64,000 bases of DNA. Origin: an uncultured bacterium. GTDB taxonomy: Bacteria > Krumholzibacteriota > Krumholzibacteriia > JACNKJ01. Where the stretch lies: NCBI GenBank assembly GCA_964627205.1, contig CAZVHI010000003.1, forward strand, positions 4,830 through 68,829. Reading direction: 5' to 3'. The stretch's first letter is position 1, and every line of letters begins with the position of its first letter. This document shows, one piece after another, positions 47,704 through 57,223 of the stretch. The translations under genes were made by a program, and so were the position numbers. Below the pieces are notes generated by a model. The model worked only from the letters and a program-made list of their open reading frames with translations, made no database searches and was not told the DNA's origin.

Positions 47704-50700
47704 CTACTTCGCGCCCACCTTCGTCACTCCGATGGTCTCGTAGACCGACATCTTGCCCTCGGTGTCCCAGACCAGGACGCCGATGCGGTGATCGCCGTCC
47801 TCCCAGCCGTTGATGTTGAAGGTGGTCATGAAGTAGCCGTCGTACTGGCCGCCGACCTCGGGATCCCACGCGATGTCGAAGGGCGGGTCGGCCGGCATCG
47901 GCCAGCCGTAGTCGTCGATGTAGAACTCCACGTAGTCGATCTCGGTGCAGTGCCAGTCGGAGGGGTTCACGACGATGTCGATCACGGACTGCTCGTCGGC
48001 GTTGAGCTCGTCACCCTGCTGCGGGGTGATCCAGTCCTCGGGAGCCATGAAGGGTCCCTCGCCGTCGACGATGTTGATCGTGTGCGTCACCTGCGCCGTG
48101 TTGCCCTCGGTGTCCTGCACCCAGACCGTGGCTTCCAGGATGGTCCCGGCCGCCAGGCACTCGGTGGAGAGCATGTAGTCGAAGCCCTCCAAGACTTCCG
48201 GAGGCGCCGCGTCGTTCACCGGGTTCGGATAGTTCGAAACGAAGACCTGGCTCAGGAGCACCGGCGGAATCCCGGTGACGTCGACCACCTCGAAGGTGCC
48301 GTCGGTCCAGTACCAGATGTCGCTCACGTCGAAGCTGAACTCGATCTCCGTGCCGCCCTCGTCGCTGAGGTCGGCGGGCAGGAAGTCGGTGATATCGGGC
48401 GGGTCGTCGCCGTAGATGTGCAGCTCGTTGTCGGTCGAGCTGATCCCGCACTCGTCCTCGATGGCGTACTGGACGCAGAGGTCACCCACGCCGTAGTCCT
48501 CGGTGTGGATGATCACCGGGATGTTGTCCGGGTTGTCCTCCTCCCAGGGCATCACGCAACCCCAATCCCAGTAGTAGTTCGAGATGAGGTCGCCGTCGTT
48601 GGAGAAGCTGCCCTGATAGGTGACGTCGGTCCCGAACAGCACCCAGGCTTCCGGGCCGCCACTGACGTTGGTCCAGAAGGCCAGATCCCATGGCACGTCG
48701 TTCTTCGTCACGCAGATGCTGCCGTCGAAGCCGACCTCGTAGGAGTTGCCGTTGGGCTGCGCGAGGTCCCAGACCCTGGCGCCGAAGCAGAACTCCGTAC
48801 CCGCGGGATAGATCATCGGGTCGTAGCTCCACATGTAGAACGCTTCGCCGCCGATGATCGAGTTGTCCGTGCCGACCAGAGTGTAGCCCCCGCCGTCGAT
48901 GGAGACGTAGAAGTCCACGCGGTCGAGATTGCCATCACCGTAGTTGTCCGCGATGCCGTCGACCATGAGCCCCAGTGGCGAGCTGATGCAGGTCGTGCCG
49001 TCAGGCGGTCCGACCCAGCCCATCGTCGGCGGTGTGTTGTCGATGTAGATGTCGGAGGTGTCGAAGGCGCCCTCGCCGATGTTGCCGGGCGTGGTGCCGT
49101 CGCCGGTGTACTCGTCCTCCACCGTCACCCCGATGGTGTAGACACCCTCGCTGGCGTAGGCGTGGGTGGCCGCGAAGACGTCCTCGCCGAGGTACTCCGT
49201 CCCCGTGCCGTCATCCCAGTCGACCCAGATGTAGATGTGCTCGTTGTCGTCCGAGATGTAAGGCCCGAAGTCCACCACCGCCTGGTAGGGGCTCGGCTGG
49301 AACACACCGTAGTCGCCCGGCAGGTTCACCACCGGCGCGTCCGACTTGTAGACGATGAAGGTATCCGACCCGGTCAGGCCGCCGAGGTCGTAGGCACGGG
49401 CCTCGATCTCCACGAGACCGCCGGGGTAGCCGGTGAAATCGATGTCGACCGGGAAGTTGGGCTGGGTCCAGGACTCGCCCATCTTCACGCCGCCGACGTA
49501 GTACTCCACCTTCTCGACCTCGGGCATCGTGCCGCGGTCGTAGGTGCCGGCCGGATCCACCTCGAAGGGCTCGAGGCCGGTCAGCACGTCGCCCGGACGC
49601 GGCACCAGGAAGAGCACGTCGGGCGTCGTCACGTCCTCGATCTCCACGTAGACGGAGGTGGTCCGCTCCAGGTCCGTGTTGTCCCTCACGAGGAGAGTGA
49701 CCCAGTAGCCGCCGTAGCCGTCGCCGGAGGCGAAGTAGTCCCAGTCCACCGGATCCGGATCGGTCGTGTCCAGATCGTAGGAGCCGTCGCCGTTGAAGTC
49801 CCACCGATAGAGGTCGATGGCGCCGCCCGCGCCGCCGTTCTCGTCGTCGTGGGACGCGAAGGCGGAGAAGGACAGCTGCAGGGACGTCTCGTCGGTCCAG
49901 TCGCCGTTCACCGGCTCCGGATCGATCTCCGCGTGGGGCGGATCGCTCTTGTAGACGTTGATCGTCACGAGCGGGAAGGACATGTTCGGCGGCGGTACCG
50001 TGAAGTCGTAGGCGATGGCGGTCATCGAGTACGGGCCGCTGTCCATGCCGTCCCAGTCGAAGTCGAAGCCGTGGACGACCGCGTTGTCCCACGGATCGGG
50101 GTTCGTCCAGCTCAGGGTCTCCGAGAAGCTCCCGCCGTCCTCGATGACCAGCTCCAGCATGTCCAGGATGCCGGCGTCGCCGTCGTGCTCGTCGATGGCG
50201 TCGACGATGTAGTCCATGTTCGCGCCGTACTGGGCGCCCCAGCCCTCGATGTCGAGCGCCAGATCCATGGGCTCGCCGTCATCGGCCTCCAGGCTGTTGA
50301 CCACGGGGTTCGTGGTGTCGGCGATGGAAACGCGGCAGACCGCCTCGTCGGTGAAGCCCGCGCTGTTCTCCACGGTCACGCGGCAGTCGTACATGCCGAT
50401 CGCGTAGGTGTTGGTCGCCGTGGGAAGGGTCGTGGTCTCGTCGATCACGCCGTTGTCGTCGAAGTCCCAGTGGTAGAAGTCGATCTGGTCGCAGTCGTCG
50501 TAAGCCGTCACCGTGAATGTGATGTCGCTCGGGTTGGTCTCGCCCGCATAGCGGTCGGAGCCGAACTCCGTGCCGTAGGGAGGCCCGCCGAGCTTGGTCA
50601 CGAGGATCTGGTTCACGCCGCCGGCGCTGGTGTTCCCGTTCACGTCAGTGACCGTGGCCCAGAGGTAGTACTCCTGGCAGTCCCAGCCGGCCGTGTTCCA

Positions 50701-53700
50701 GATGAAGCACCAGCCGTGCTCCCACTCGTCGTCCGCGTACAGGGTCTCGATGACCGTGCCGGCCGCGTAGAAGGTGATGTAGTCGACCTCGGGGCCGCTG
50801 TCGCGGTCGATGATCGGGCCGATCACACAGATCTCGGTGGTGAGCTGGAACTCGTCGGGAGTGGCCTTGATCTCCACCGCGTCCGGTGCAGTGCAGTCGG
50901 AGATCTCTACCACCACCGGGTCGCTCCAGGCGATGCGGCCGGTCGCGTCGGTGCCGATGAGCCGCGCCGAGTAGAAGCCGTACTCGGGGAAGTGCCAGAC
51001 CCAGGGCAGCTCCGGCATGTTCTCGATCGACTCCTCCGGGAGCTCGTCCGCGTCCACCCAGTTGGGATCGCCGAGACCCGTGAAGGGACCGGAGAAGCTC
51101 CAGCCGTAGCCGAACTCCGCGACGCCGTTGTCGTCGACGATCGACCAGCCGTCGAAGGCGACCGGGATGCCGCCGTTGACGTAGTCGTAGGGCGCGCAGT
51201 CGTTCGTGTAGGTGATGTCCGGCAGGGTCACGCAGGGCAGGTCGCTTTTCACGACCTCATCACTCGCCTGGGTCCAGTTACCGGCCACGTCGTAGATGCG
51301 GTAGTAGATCTCCCAACCCGCGGCCGAATCGACCCAGTTCTCGCCGCAGTACGGCTCGTAGTCGAAGGGCTCGACGCCGTCGATCTGCCAGACGTAGGGG
51401 CTCGACGTGTGGGAGAAGTCCCCGAACTCGCCATTTGCCCAGCCATAGTAAGTGAGCGTGCCGAAGTCGAGGTCCGAATAGCAGGCCCATCCCATCCAGT
51501 CCTCGGCGGCGTGGATCACGTCGGCCGTCCCGCTGACCAGGTGGGTCCCGGGGTAGCCCTCGAAGTCCACCACGTCGAAGTCGGTGATGACGGGCGCGTC
51601 GTTCTCCATCGTCAGCGTCCAGGTCTGCATGACGTAGGGCAGCTGGTAACCGGTGTCGGTCGTCTCGCGGACGCGAACGGCCAGCGTGTAGTCCACGCAC
51701 CACTCGTCGTAGTAGTCGAGCCACACGTTCTCGCCCGTCTCGTCCACCGAGAAGCTGCCGCTGTACTCGAGGTCCCACTCCACCAGGTAGCTGCTGGGCG
51801 TCGGGTTGCCGCCCCAGACGTTGTCGTCGGTGTAGTTCAGGCTGAAGTTGGGCTCGAGCTCGTTGGCCCAGGCGTGCTCGCCCACCGCGAAGCCGCGATC
51901 GGGCTGTCCGCCGATGTGGCGCGTGATGCCGGTGATGACCGGCAGGTCGGACTTGTAGATCCGGCGCGTCGCCATCGGGCCGTTGTTGCCCGAGTTGTCG
52001 GTGGGCAGGGCCAGGAGATCGTAGTAGTCGCCGGTCGCCGGCAGGTCCTCGCCCTCGAAGTTGCAGGTCCAGGCCGCGCCGTCGGCGTCCGTGCAGATCT
52101 CGCCGGTCGCGCCGCCGTTGACCTGGTCGTAGCTGAAGGCCACCTGCGCGATCGCGGGGAACCAGTTGTCACGGTCGGAGCCGGACACGGCGAGGGCCAC
52201 AGGCACGTTGTGGTCGCCGATCACCGAGTCGACCGCCGGGGCCGTGAACCAGATATCCGGGCCGATCACGTCTTCGATGAAGATGTCCTGACAGCCGGAA
52301 CCCACGATGTCGTAGATGTCCCGGACGTCGACGCAGACCTGGTAGTCCCCGTAGCCGAGCGTGAAGTCGAAGTCGACCATGTTGTAGGAGTCGCCCTCGT
52401 ACCACACGCCCTGCTCGAGCTCGAGGCCGCCGGTCGTGTAGACCGTGGCCGCGGGATCGGTGGGGCAGGTCCACATGAAGTCCAGCGGCGCCTGCTGCTC
52501 GTGGTTGTCGTCCCAGGACTCGTGGGCGTCGATCCGGACGATCCATTCCTCCGGATCGAGCACGGTGTAGGGACCAAAGAAGGGCACCGGCGCGCAGGTC
52601 TTGATGAAGTCGACCAGCGAGCTCAGGTCCGTCTGTCCGTTGGACAGGTAGGCCTTGGCGTAGATGCGAAGCTCGCCGCCCTCCATGTCGGTGATGTCGT
52701 AGGCCACGCTCCAGCCGCCGGCCTCGCTCGTATCCTCGCCGAAGTAGGTCTCGTCACCGGCGAAGAAGAACTGCACCTTGTCGACGGTGATGTCGCGCTG
52801 GGCGATGGCCGCCTTGGGGTCCTCGCTGCGCGTGGGCGGCAGGAACTCGACGGTGGCCGTGAAGTCCACGGGGCCGCAGAGCAGCTCGTCCGGCGCGGGC
52901 GTGGTCACTGTGACGAGGATGTCCGCGAAGCAGTCCACGATGAAGGGCACCGCGGCGCTGTTGTAGCTGGCCTCGTCGGAGAGGTAGGCCACCGCGTGCA
53001 CGTTGTGGCCGCCCTCGGGCATCTGCGCGGCGCAGGGATCGTACTGGAAGGTCCACTCGGGGCCCTCGTAGTCGATGCCGAAGGGGGCGGTCTCGGAGTC
53101 GAAGTAGAACTCGACCCGCTCGACGTCGGGCAGCTCGCGCGTGTCGAAGGTCACGCTCGCGGTGAAGATGAAGCTGCCGCTGATGTCATGGTTCTCGATG
53201 GGCGCGATGATCGCCACGACCGGCTCCGGACAACTGTAGGCGATGTCAGTGAGCTCGTCGTTGCCGACGTTGCCGCACTGGTCCGTGGCCGCCGCGCCGA
53301 TGGTGTAGTCGCCATCGCCGTCGAACCAGGCCGCGTCGACGACGAAGGAGTAGGTGTTCTCGCCGAGATCCGTGTAGTCGCAGGACACCGAGTCGGCATC
53401 GACGAAGAGGACGAGGCTCGCGAGAGTGTTCGCTTCCACCACCTCGACGAGCAGTTCGTCGCCGGAGCAGAAGAGCTGATCACCCTCGGGCGGCGTGATC
53501 GCCACCACCGGCGCCGTCTCGTCGTTCCAGACATCCACCGTGAACACGGGGTTGTCCGCGTCGCCGTGGTTGCCGGCCGTGTCGAAGGCATCGATCGTGA
53601 TCTCGACCCCCAGAGCCGCGGCGATCGGGTCGATGCCGGTGAAGGTAAAGTCGTATGCGCTGTCGCTCGTCCCGGGCTCGTCGACCGCAACCTCGACGCC

Positions 53701-53940
53701 GTCCACGTAGAGGACGACCTTGTCGATGTTGGATGCTTCGTCGGTCGCCGTGCCTGTGATCTCGAGCGGCTCACAGAGCAGGTCGCCTTGCCTGGCGGGC
53801 GAGTAGAAGTTGGTCTGCACGTTGCTGATCACCGGGGGGGTGTCGTCCGTCGGCCCAGTGACCTCGTCGTCACTGCACCCCCAGACCAGCAGAGCTACGG
53901 CCAGGATGGTGACAAAGCCGAAAAGTAGTTTTCGTGCCAT
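47704..53940 (-). CDS. Giant (about 2078 aa) cell-surface lipoprotein with multiple PKD/Ig-like repeats
   Basis: Start at MARKLLFGFVTILAVALLVWGCSDD (signal peptide with Cys lipobox). PKD-like signatures YHWDFDDNGVIDETTTL...YDCRVTVEN, YRWDFNGDGSYD and WVDWDDGTGTEY...YTIGVTVED. Extremely Asp/Gly/Thr/Tyr-rich. Antisense ORFs of more than 2000 aa on the + strand are GC artefacts. Confidence 0.7.
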   Translation of the reverse strand: MARKLLFGFVTILAVALLVWGCSDDEVTGPTDDTPPVISNVQTNFYSPARQGDLLCEPLEITGTATDEASNIDKVVLYVDGVEVAVDEPGTSDSAYDFTFTGIDPIAAALGVEITIDAFDTAGNHGDADNPVFTVDVWNDETAPVVAITPPEGDQLFCSGDELLVEVVEANTLASLVLFVDADSVSCDYTDLGENTYSFVVDAAWFDGDGDYTIGAAATDQCGNVGNDELTDIAYSCPEPVVAIIAPIENHDISGSFIFTASVTFDTRELPDVERVEFYFDSETAPFGIDYEGPEWTFQYDPCAAQMPEGGHNVHAVAYLSDEASYNSAAVPFIVDCFADILVTVTTPAPDELLCGPVDFTATVEFLPPTRSEDPKAAIAQRDITVDKVQFFFAGDETYFGEDTSEAGGWSVAYDITDMEGGELRIYAKAYLSNGQTDLSSLVDFIKTCAPVPFFGPYTVLDPEEWIVRIDAHESWDDNHEQQAPLDFMWTCPTDPAATVYTTGGLELEQGVWYEGDSYNMVDFDFTLGYGDYQVCVDVRDIYDIVGSGCQDIFIEDVIGPDIWFTAPAVDSVIGDHNVPVALAVSGSDRDNWFPAIAQVAFSYDQVNGGATGEICTDADGAAWTCNFEGEDLPATGDYYDLLALPTDNSGNNGPMATRRIYKSDLPVITGITRHIGGQPDRGFAVGEHAWANELEPNFSLNYTDDNVWGGNPTPSSYLVEWDLEYSGSFSVDETGENVWLDYYDEWCVDYTLAVRVRETTDTGYQLPYVMQTWTLTMENDAPVITDFDVVDFEGYPGTHLVSGTADVIHAAEDWMGWACYSDLDFGTLTYYGWANGEFGDFSHTSSPYVWQIDGVEPFDYEPYCGENWVDSAAGWEIYYRIYDVAGNWTQASDEVVKSDLPCVTLPDITYTNDCAPYDYVNGGIPVAFDGWSIVDDNGVAEFGYGWSFSGPFTGLGDPNWVDADELPEESIENMPELPWVWHFPEYGFYSARLIGTDATGRIAWSDPVVVEISDCTAPDAVEIKATPDEFQLTTEICVIGPIIDRDSGPEVDYITFYAAGTVIETLYADDEWEHGWCFIWNTAGWDCQEYYLWATVTDVNGNTSAGGVNQILVTKLGGPPYGTEFGSDRYAGETNPSDITFTVTAYDDCDQIDFYHWDFDDNGVIDETTTLPTATNTYAIGMYDCRVTVENSAGFTDEAVCRVSIADTTNPVVNSLEADDGEPMDLALDIEGWGAQYGANMDYIVDAIDEHDGDAGILDMLELVIEDGGSFSETLSWTNPDPWDNAVVHGFDFDWDGMDSGPYSMTAIAYDFTVPPPNMSFPLVTINVYKSDPPHAEIDPEPVNGDWTDETSLQLSFSAFASHDDENGGAGGAIDLYRWDFNGDGSYDLDTTDPDPVDWDYFASGDGYGGYWVTLLVRDNTDLERTTSVYVEIEDVTTPDVLFLVPRPGDVLTGLEPFEVDPAGTYDRGTMPEVEKVEYYVGGVKMGESWTQPNFPVDIDFTGYPGGLVEIEARAYDLGGLTGSDTFIVYKSDAPVVNLPGDYGVFQPSPYQAVVDFGPYISDDNEHIYIWVDWDDGTGTEYLGEDVFAATHAYASEGVYTIGVTVEDEYTGDGTTPGNIGEGAFDTSDIYIDNTPPTMGWVGPPDGTTCISSPLGLMVDGIADNYGDGNLDRVDFYVSIDGGGYTLVGTDNSIIGGEAFYMWSYDPMIYPAGTEFCFGARVWDLAQPNGNSYEVGFDGSICVTKNDVPWDLAFWTNVSGGPEAWVLFGTDVTYQGSFSNDGDLISNYYWDWGCVMPWEEDNPDNIPVIIHTEDYGVGDLCVQYAIEDECGISSTDNELHIYGDDPPDITDFLPADLSDEGGTEIEFSFDVSDIWYWTDGTFEVVDVTGIPPVLLSQVFVSNYPNPVNDAAPPEVLEGFDYMLSTECLAAGTILEATVWVQDTEGNTAQVTHTINIVDGEGPFMAPEDWITPQQGDELNADEQSVIDIVVNPSDWHCTEIDYVEFYIDDYGWPMPADPPFDIAWDPEVGGQYDGYFMTTFNINGWEDGDHRIGVLVWDTEGKMSVYETIGVTKVGAK

Positions 53941-54402
53941 CTTTTCTCTCCTTACCACAGTCCTTGAGCTTCGGTAGCTCTTAGTGGAACTCCGGCAACT
54001 TTCCCTCACCCGTCCGGGAGAAGGTGTAATTGTATTCCCGTGCAACTCGTTATCTGCGGGCTCTAAACCCGCGTATCTCCTCGCCACATACCGGCATGGC
54101 AGAAGGCGCCACCCGCCGAGTGGACGCTAACCTGGACAGCAAACTCCTTTGAAAAACCTTTGTCAAGGAGTTTAGGACCCGGCGGTTGCCATTCATGATC
54201 CCGCTGGGATCGGGCTCTCCGCCCTCTCGGGTCGTTCCCGTTTCTAGCGGATGAAATGAATTCAAGCAACTGTTTTCGTCCCTAGTTAAGCCGGCGTAAA
54301 AGATGCGGAATACGCACTTGCTCCCCGCCGCGCTCAGGCGCTAAGTATGTCTCGTGGCGCCGAGTTCCCCGGCGTCGAATCCAAGCCCGGGAGCTGCGTC
54401 CG

Positions 54403-55776
54403 ATGTCCGAAGCCCTGCGTCTCGAGATCTTCTCCGCCAGCGATTCTCCCTCCGCCGCCTCCTTCCCCACAAGCACCGAGCTGGAACAACTGACCGGCGA
54501 AGCACTCGCCGCCCGCGCATCCCTGCTCGCCGGTAACTGCCCGGGTGCAGACTTCCTCGGCTGGCTCGATCTTCCTATCAGCGCGGAGGCCTGGATTCCC
54601 GAGATCCTGGATCTCTCCCTGCAGCTCGTCGAGGACGTAGACCATCTGCTCGTCGCGGGCATCGGCGGCAGCTACCTCGGGGCGCGAGCCCTTTTGGAGG
54701 CCTTCTCCGTGCCGGGTCCCTGCGGCGGGCGGATCGTTCTCGACCAGGCCGGCTGGGAACCAGTCGGCCCGGAGATCCACTTCACCGGGGAGCACCTGGG
54801 AGGCGCCGAGATCGCAGAGCTTATGCGCCGCTTACGGGGACGCAACTTCGCGGTCAACGTCATCAGCAAGAGCGGTACCACCATGGAGACCGCCCTGGCG
54901 TTTCGCCTCCTCCGGCAGGAGCTGGAGGAGCGGCACGGCGATCAGGCGGACCGCTACATCATCGCGACCACCGACCCCGAACGCGGCGCGCTGCGCTCCC
55001 TCGCCGAGGAGCGGGGTTGGAACACCTTCCCCATCCCCGCCGACGTGGGTGGGCGTTTCAGCGTCCTCAGCCCGGTGGGGCTGCTGCCGCTGGCCGCCGC
55101 GGGCTTGCACGTCGAGGCGCTCCTGGAGGGCGCGCGTGTCGCGCGCGAGCGCTTCCGCGGGGACGCGCAGGTCGCCACCGACGCGCGCGGCGGAGTCGAC
55201 CTACTGCTGAACAATCCGGCCCTTCACTACGCGGCCCTACGCAAACATTTCCATGCGACGGGGAAAAAGGTGGAGGTGCTGGCCTGCTTCGAGCCCTCCC
55301 TGACGCGCCTGGGCGACTGGTGGGTGCAGCTCTTCGGCGAGAGCGAGGGGAAGGACGGCAAGGGCCTCTTCCCGGCCCGCGCCGCCTACAGCACGGACCT
55401 CCACAGCCTCGGCCAGTACATGCAGGAGGGCCCGCGGCAGCTCGTCGAGACATTCGTCTCCGTGGACGAGGTGCCGCGCGGGCCCGTCGTCCCCCGCCGG
55501 GACGACGACCTGGACGGCCTGAACCGCCTCGCCGGCCGCAGCCTGGCCGAGATCAACCGCGCCGCAGAGCTGGGCACCATGGTCGCCCACGACTCAGGCG
55601 GGGTGCCCGTGCTCCGCGTGGGGCTCTCCTGCATCGACGAGGCCTGCCTGGGCGAACTGATCTACTTCTTCGAGGCGGCCTGCGCGGTCAGCGCGCTGAT
55701 GCTGGGTGTGAATCCCTTCGACCAGCCGGGCGTGGAGGCCTACAAGCGCGAGATGCGGGAGCGCCTCGAGGACTAG
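54403..55776 (+). CDS. pgi: Glucose-6-phosphate isomerase
   Basis: 457 aa. SIS-domain motifs GIGGSYLGARA, VISKSGTTMET and GESEGKDGKGLFP. Confidence 0.85.
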   Translation: MSEALRLEIFSASDSPSAASFPTSTELEQLTGEALAARASLLAGNCPGADFLGWLDLPISAEAWIPEILDLSLQLVEDVDHLLVAGIGGSYLGARALLEAFSVPGPCGGRIVLDQAGWEPVGPEIHFTGEHLGGAEIAELMRRLRGRNFAVNVISKSGTTMETALAFRLLRQELEERHGDQADRYIIATTDPERGALRSLAEERGWNTFPIPADVGGRFSVLSPVGLLPLAAAGLHVEALLEGARVARERFRGDAQVATDARGGVDLLLNNPALHYAALRKHFHATGKKVEVLACFEPSLTRLGDWWVQLFGESEGKDGKGLFPARAAYSTDLHSLGQYMQEGPRQLVETFVSVDEVPRGPVVPRRDDDLDGLNRLAGRSLAEINRAAELGTMVAHDSGGVPVLRVGLSCIDEACLGELIYFFEAACAVSALMLGVNPFDQPGVEAYKREMRERLED

Positions 55777-55987
55777 AAGCCCGTCGCCGCACTCACTCGA
55801 TCGCTCTGCAGGCCGGCGCAGGATCCGCCACTGAGGCTCTACGGCGTGCAATCCCCGTGCCGTGATATCTGCGCAACTCGTTAATATTAAACAATTTAAC
55901 CCTTGATTCGCCCGCTCGGATGTACTATCTTGAGAGCCTCCCCCTCGAGTCCCGCCTCCCTCGATTTCCATTAAAAGCGATTCCATC

Positions 55988-57106
55988 ATGGACAAGATCC
56001 GTGCGGGCCTGCCCGTCCGCGAGGCGCACGAGCAGCTCCTGTGCGCGCTCGCCGAGCTGCGCCGGGCCGAGCGCGGCGCCCTGCTCTGCTTCGCCGAGAT
56101 CCAGGAGCGCAAGCTCTACCGGGAGCTGGATTACTCCTCGATACAGCTCTATGCCCAGGAGGCTTTGGGCTTTTCCCGCAGCAAGACCTTTCAGTTCCTG
56201 AGGCTGGCCGAGTCCTTCGATCGCTTGCCGAAGCTCAAGAGCGCCGTGGCGAAGGGCGAGGTCTCCTGGACCAAGGCGAGGGAAGTAGTGAAAGTCGCCT
56301 CGCGCAGGATCGAAGCGCGCTGGATCCGGGAGGCGAAGACATGCAGCAGCCGCCAGCTGGAGCGCAAGGTCGTGGCAGCGAAGGCGGCCAGCGAGGCGAA
56401 GAGCTCTCCCCAGACCTCCTTGCTCGACTGTCATAGAGCGGAGGAAGGGACGAGTCCGCCGGCATCGGGGCCGCTGCCGCTCGAGGCGCAGTCTGTGAAG
56501 CTGAGCCTGAGCTTCACCGCGGAGCAGTTCGGACAATTCGAGTCTCTGCTGGAGACTCTTCGCAAGCGGGGGGAGAAGGGCAGCCGCGAAGAGCTGATCC
56601 TTGCGGCTCTGGATGCCATGGGGCATGGGCACTCGGGGAGCGCCCCTGGCGAGCGCGCGGCAGGATCGCCGAGCGAGGAGGCCGGCCGTAAGCGTCGGGA
56701 GTCGCCATGTGGCGACTTTTCAAGTCCAAGGCAGATCATCATCTACCGCTGTGAGGACTGCGGAAAGGCGAGCGTGCAGAGCTCGCGGGGACTCTTGCCC
56801 ATGAGCTCGGCGGAAGCGGCGGTCGCCGAGTGCGATGCGAGGGTGCTCGTGCCCGGCGAGAGGAACCGCGCGACGATTCCCCCGGCCCTACGGCGGGAGG
56901 TGCTCGCACGGGACCGTCACCGCTGCCGGGTGAAGGGCTGCGGACGCGCCCACTTCTTGGAAGTCCATCACTTGGTCCCACGCAGCGCGGGGGGAGAGAA
57001 CCGACCCGAGAACCTGGTCACGCTCTGCGCGAGCTGTCACCGCCTCCTGCACGAGCGCGGGCTGGCGGAGGACGCGCTGGATGGACTCCTGCGCGCGAGT
57101 CCCTAG
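55988..57106 (+). CDS. DUF222 (13E12-repeat-like) N-terminal domain plus C-terminal HNH endonuclease domain protein
   Basis: C-terminal HNH motif CRVKGCGRAHFLEVHHLVPRSAGGENRPENLVTLCASCHRLLHE. N-terminal helical domain resembling actinobacterial REP13E12/DUF222. Preceded by an unusually AT-rich pocket (about 55860-55990). Confidence 0.7.
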   Translation: MDKIRAGLPVREAHEQLLCALAELRRAERGALLCFAEIQERKLYRELDYSSIQLYAQEALGFSRSKTFQFLRLAESFDRLPKLKSAVAKGEVSWTKAREVVKVASRRIEARWIREAKTCSSRQLERKVVAAKAASEAKSSPQTSLLDCHRAEEGTSPPASGPLPLEAQSVKLSLSFTAEQFGQFESLLETLRKRGEKGSREELILAALDAMGHGHSGSAPGERAAGSPSEEAGRKRRESPCGDFSSPRQIIIYRCEDCGKASVQSSRGLLPMSSAEAAVAECDARVLVPGERNRATIPPALRREVLARDRHRCRVKGCGRAHFLEVHHLVPRSAGGENRPENLVTLCASCHRLLHERGLAEDALDGLLRASP

Positions 57107-57223
57107 CCGCGCTCGTTCGGTGGGTCGACTGGGTTGGGTACTTTACCGCGCTCGCGGCGGAACCTGAGCGTTCCCATGCATTGGCCGCGCGCGTGACAGC
57201 GCCCGGCGCGATGTGAAGCCCGA

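Noticed and set aside
47701-53928. 2075-aa plus-strand ORF antisense to the giant lipoprotein gene
   Set aside because: Its composition is almost entirely V/G/A/R/D, as expected for the reverse complement of a D/G/T/Y-rich gene. It has no signal peptide or domain signatures, whereas the minus-strand frame has PKD motifs and a lipobox.
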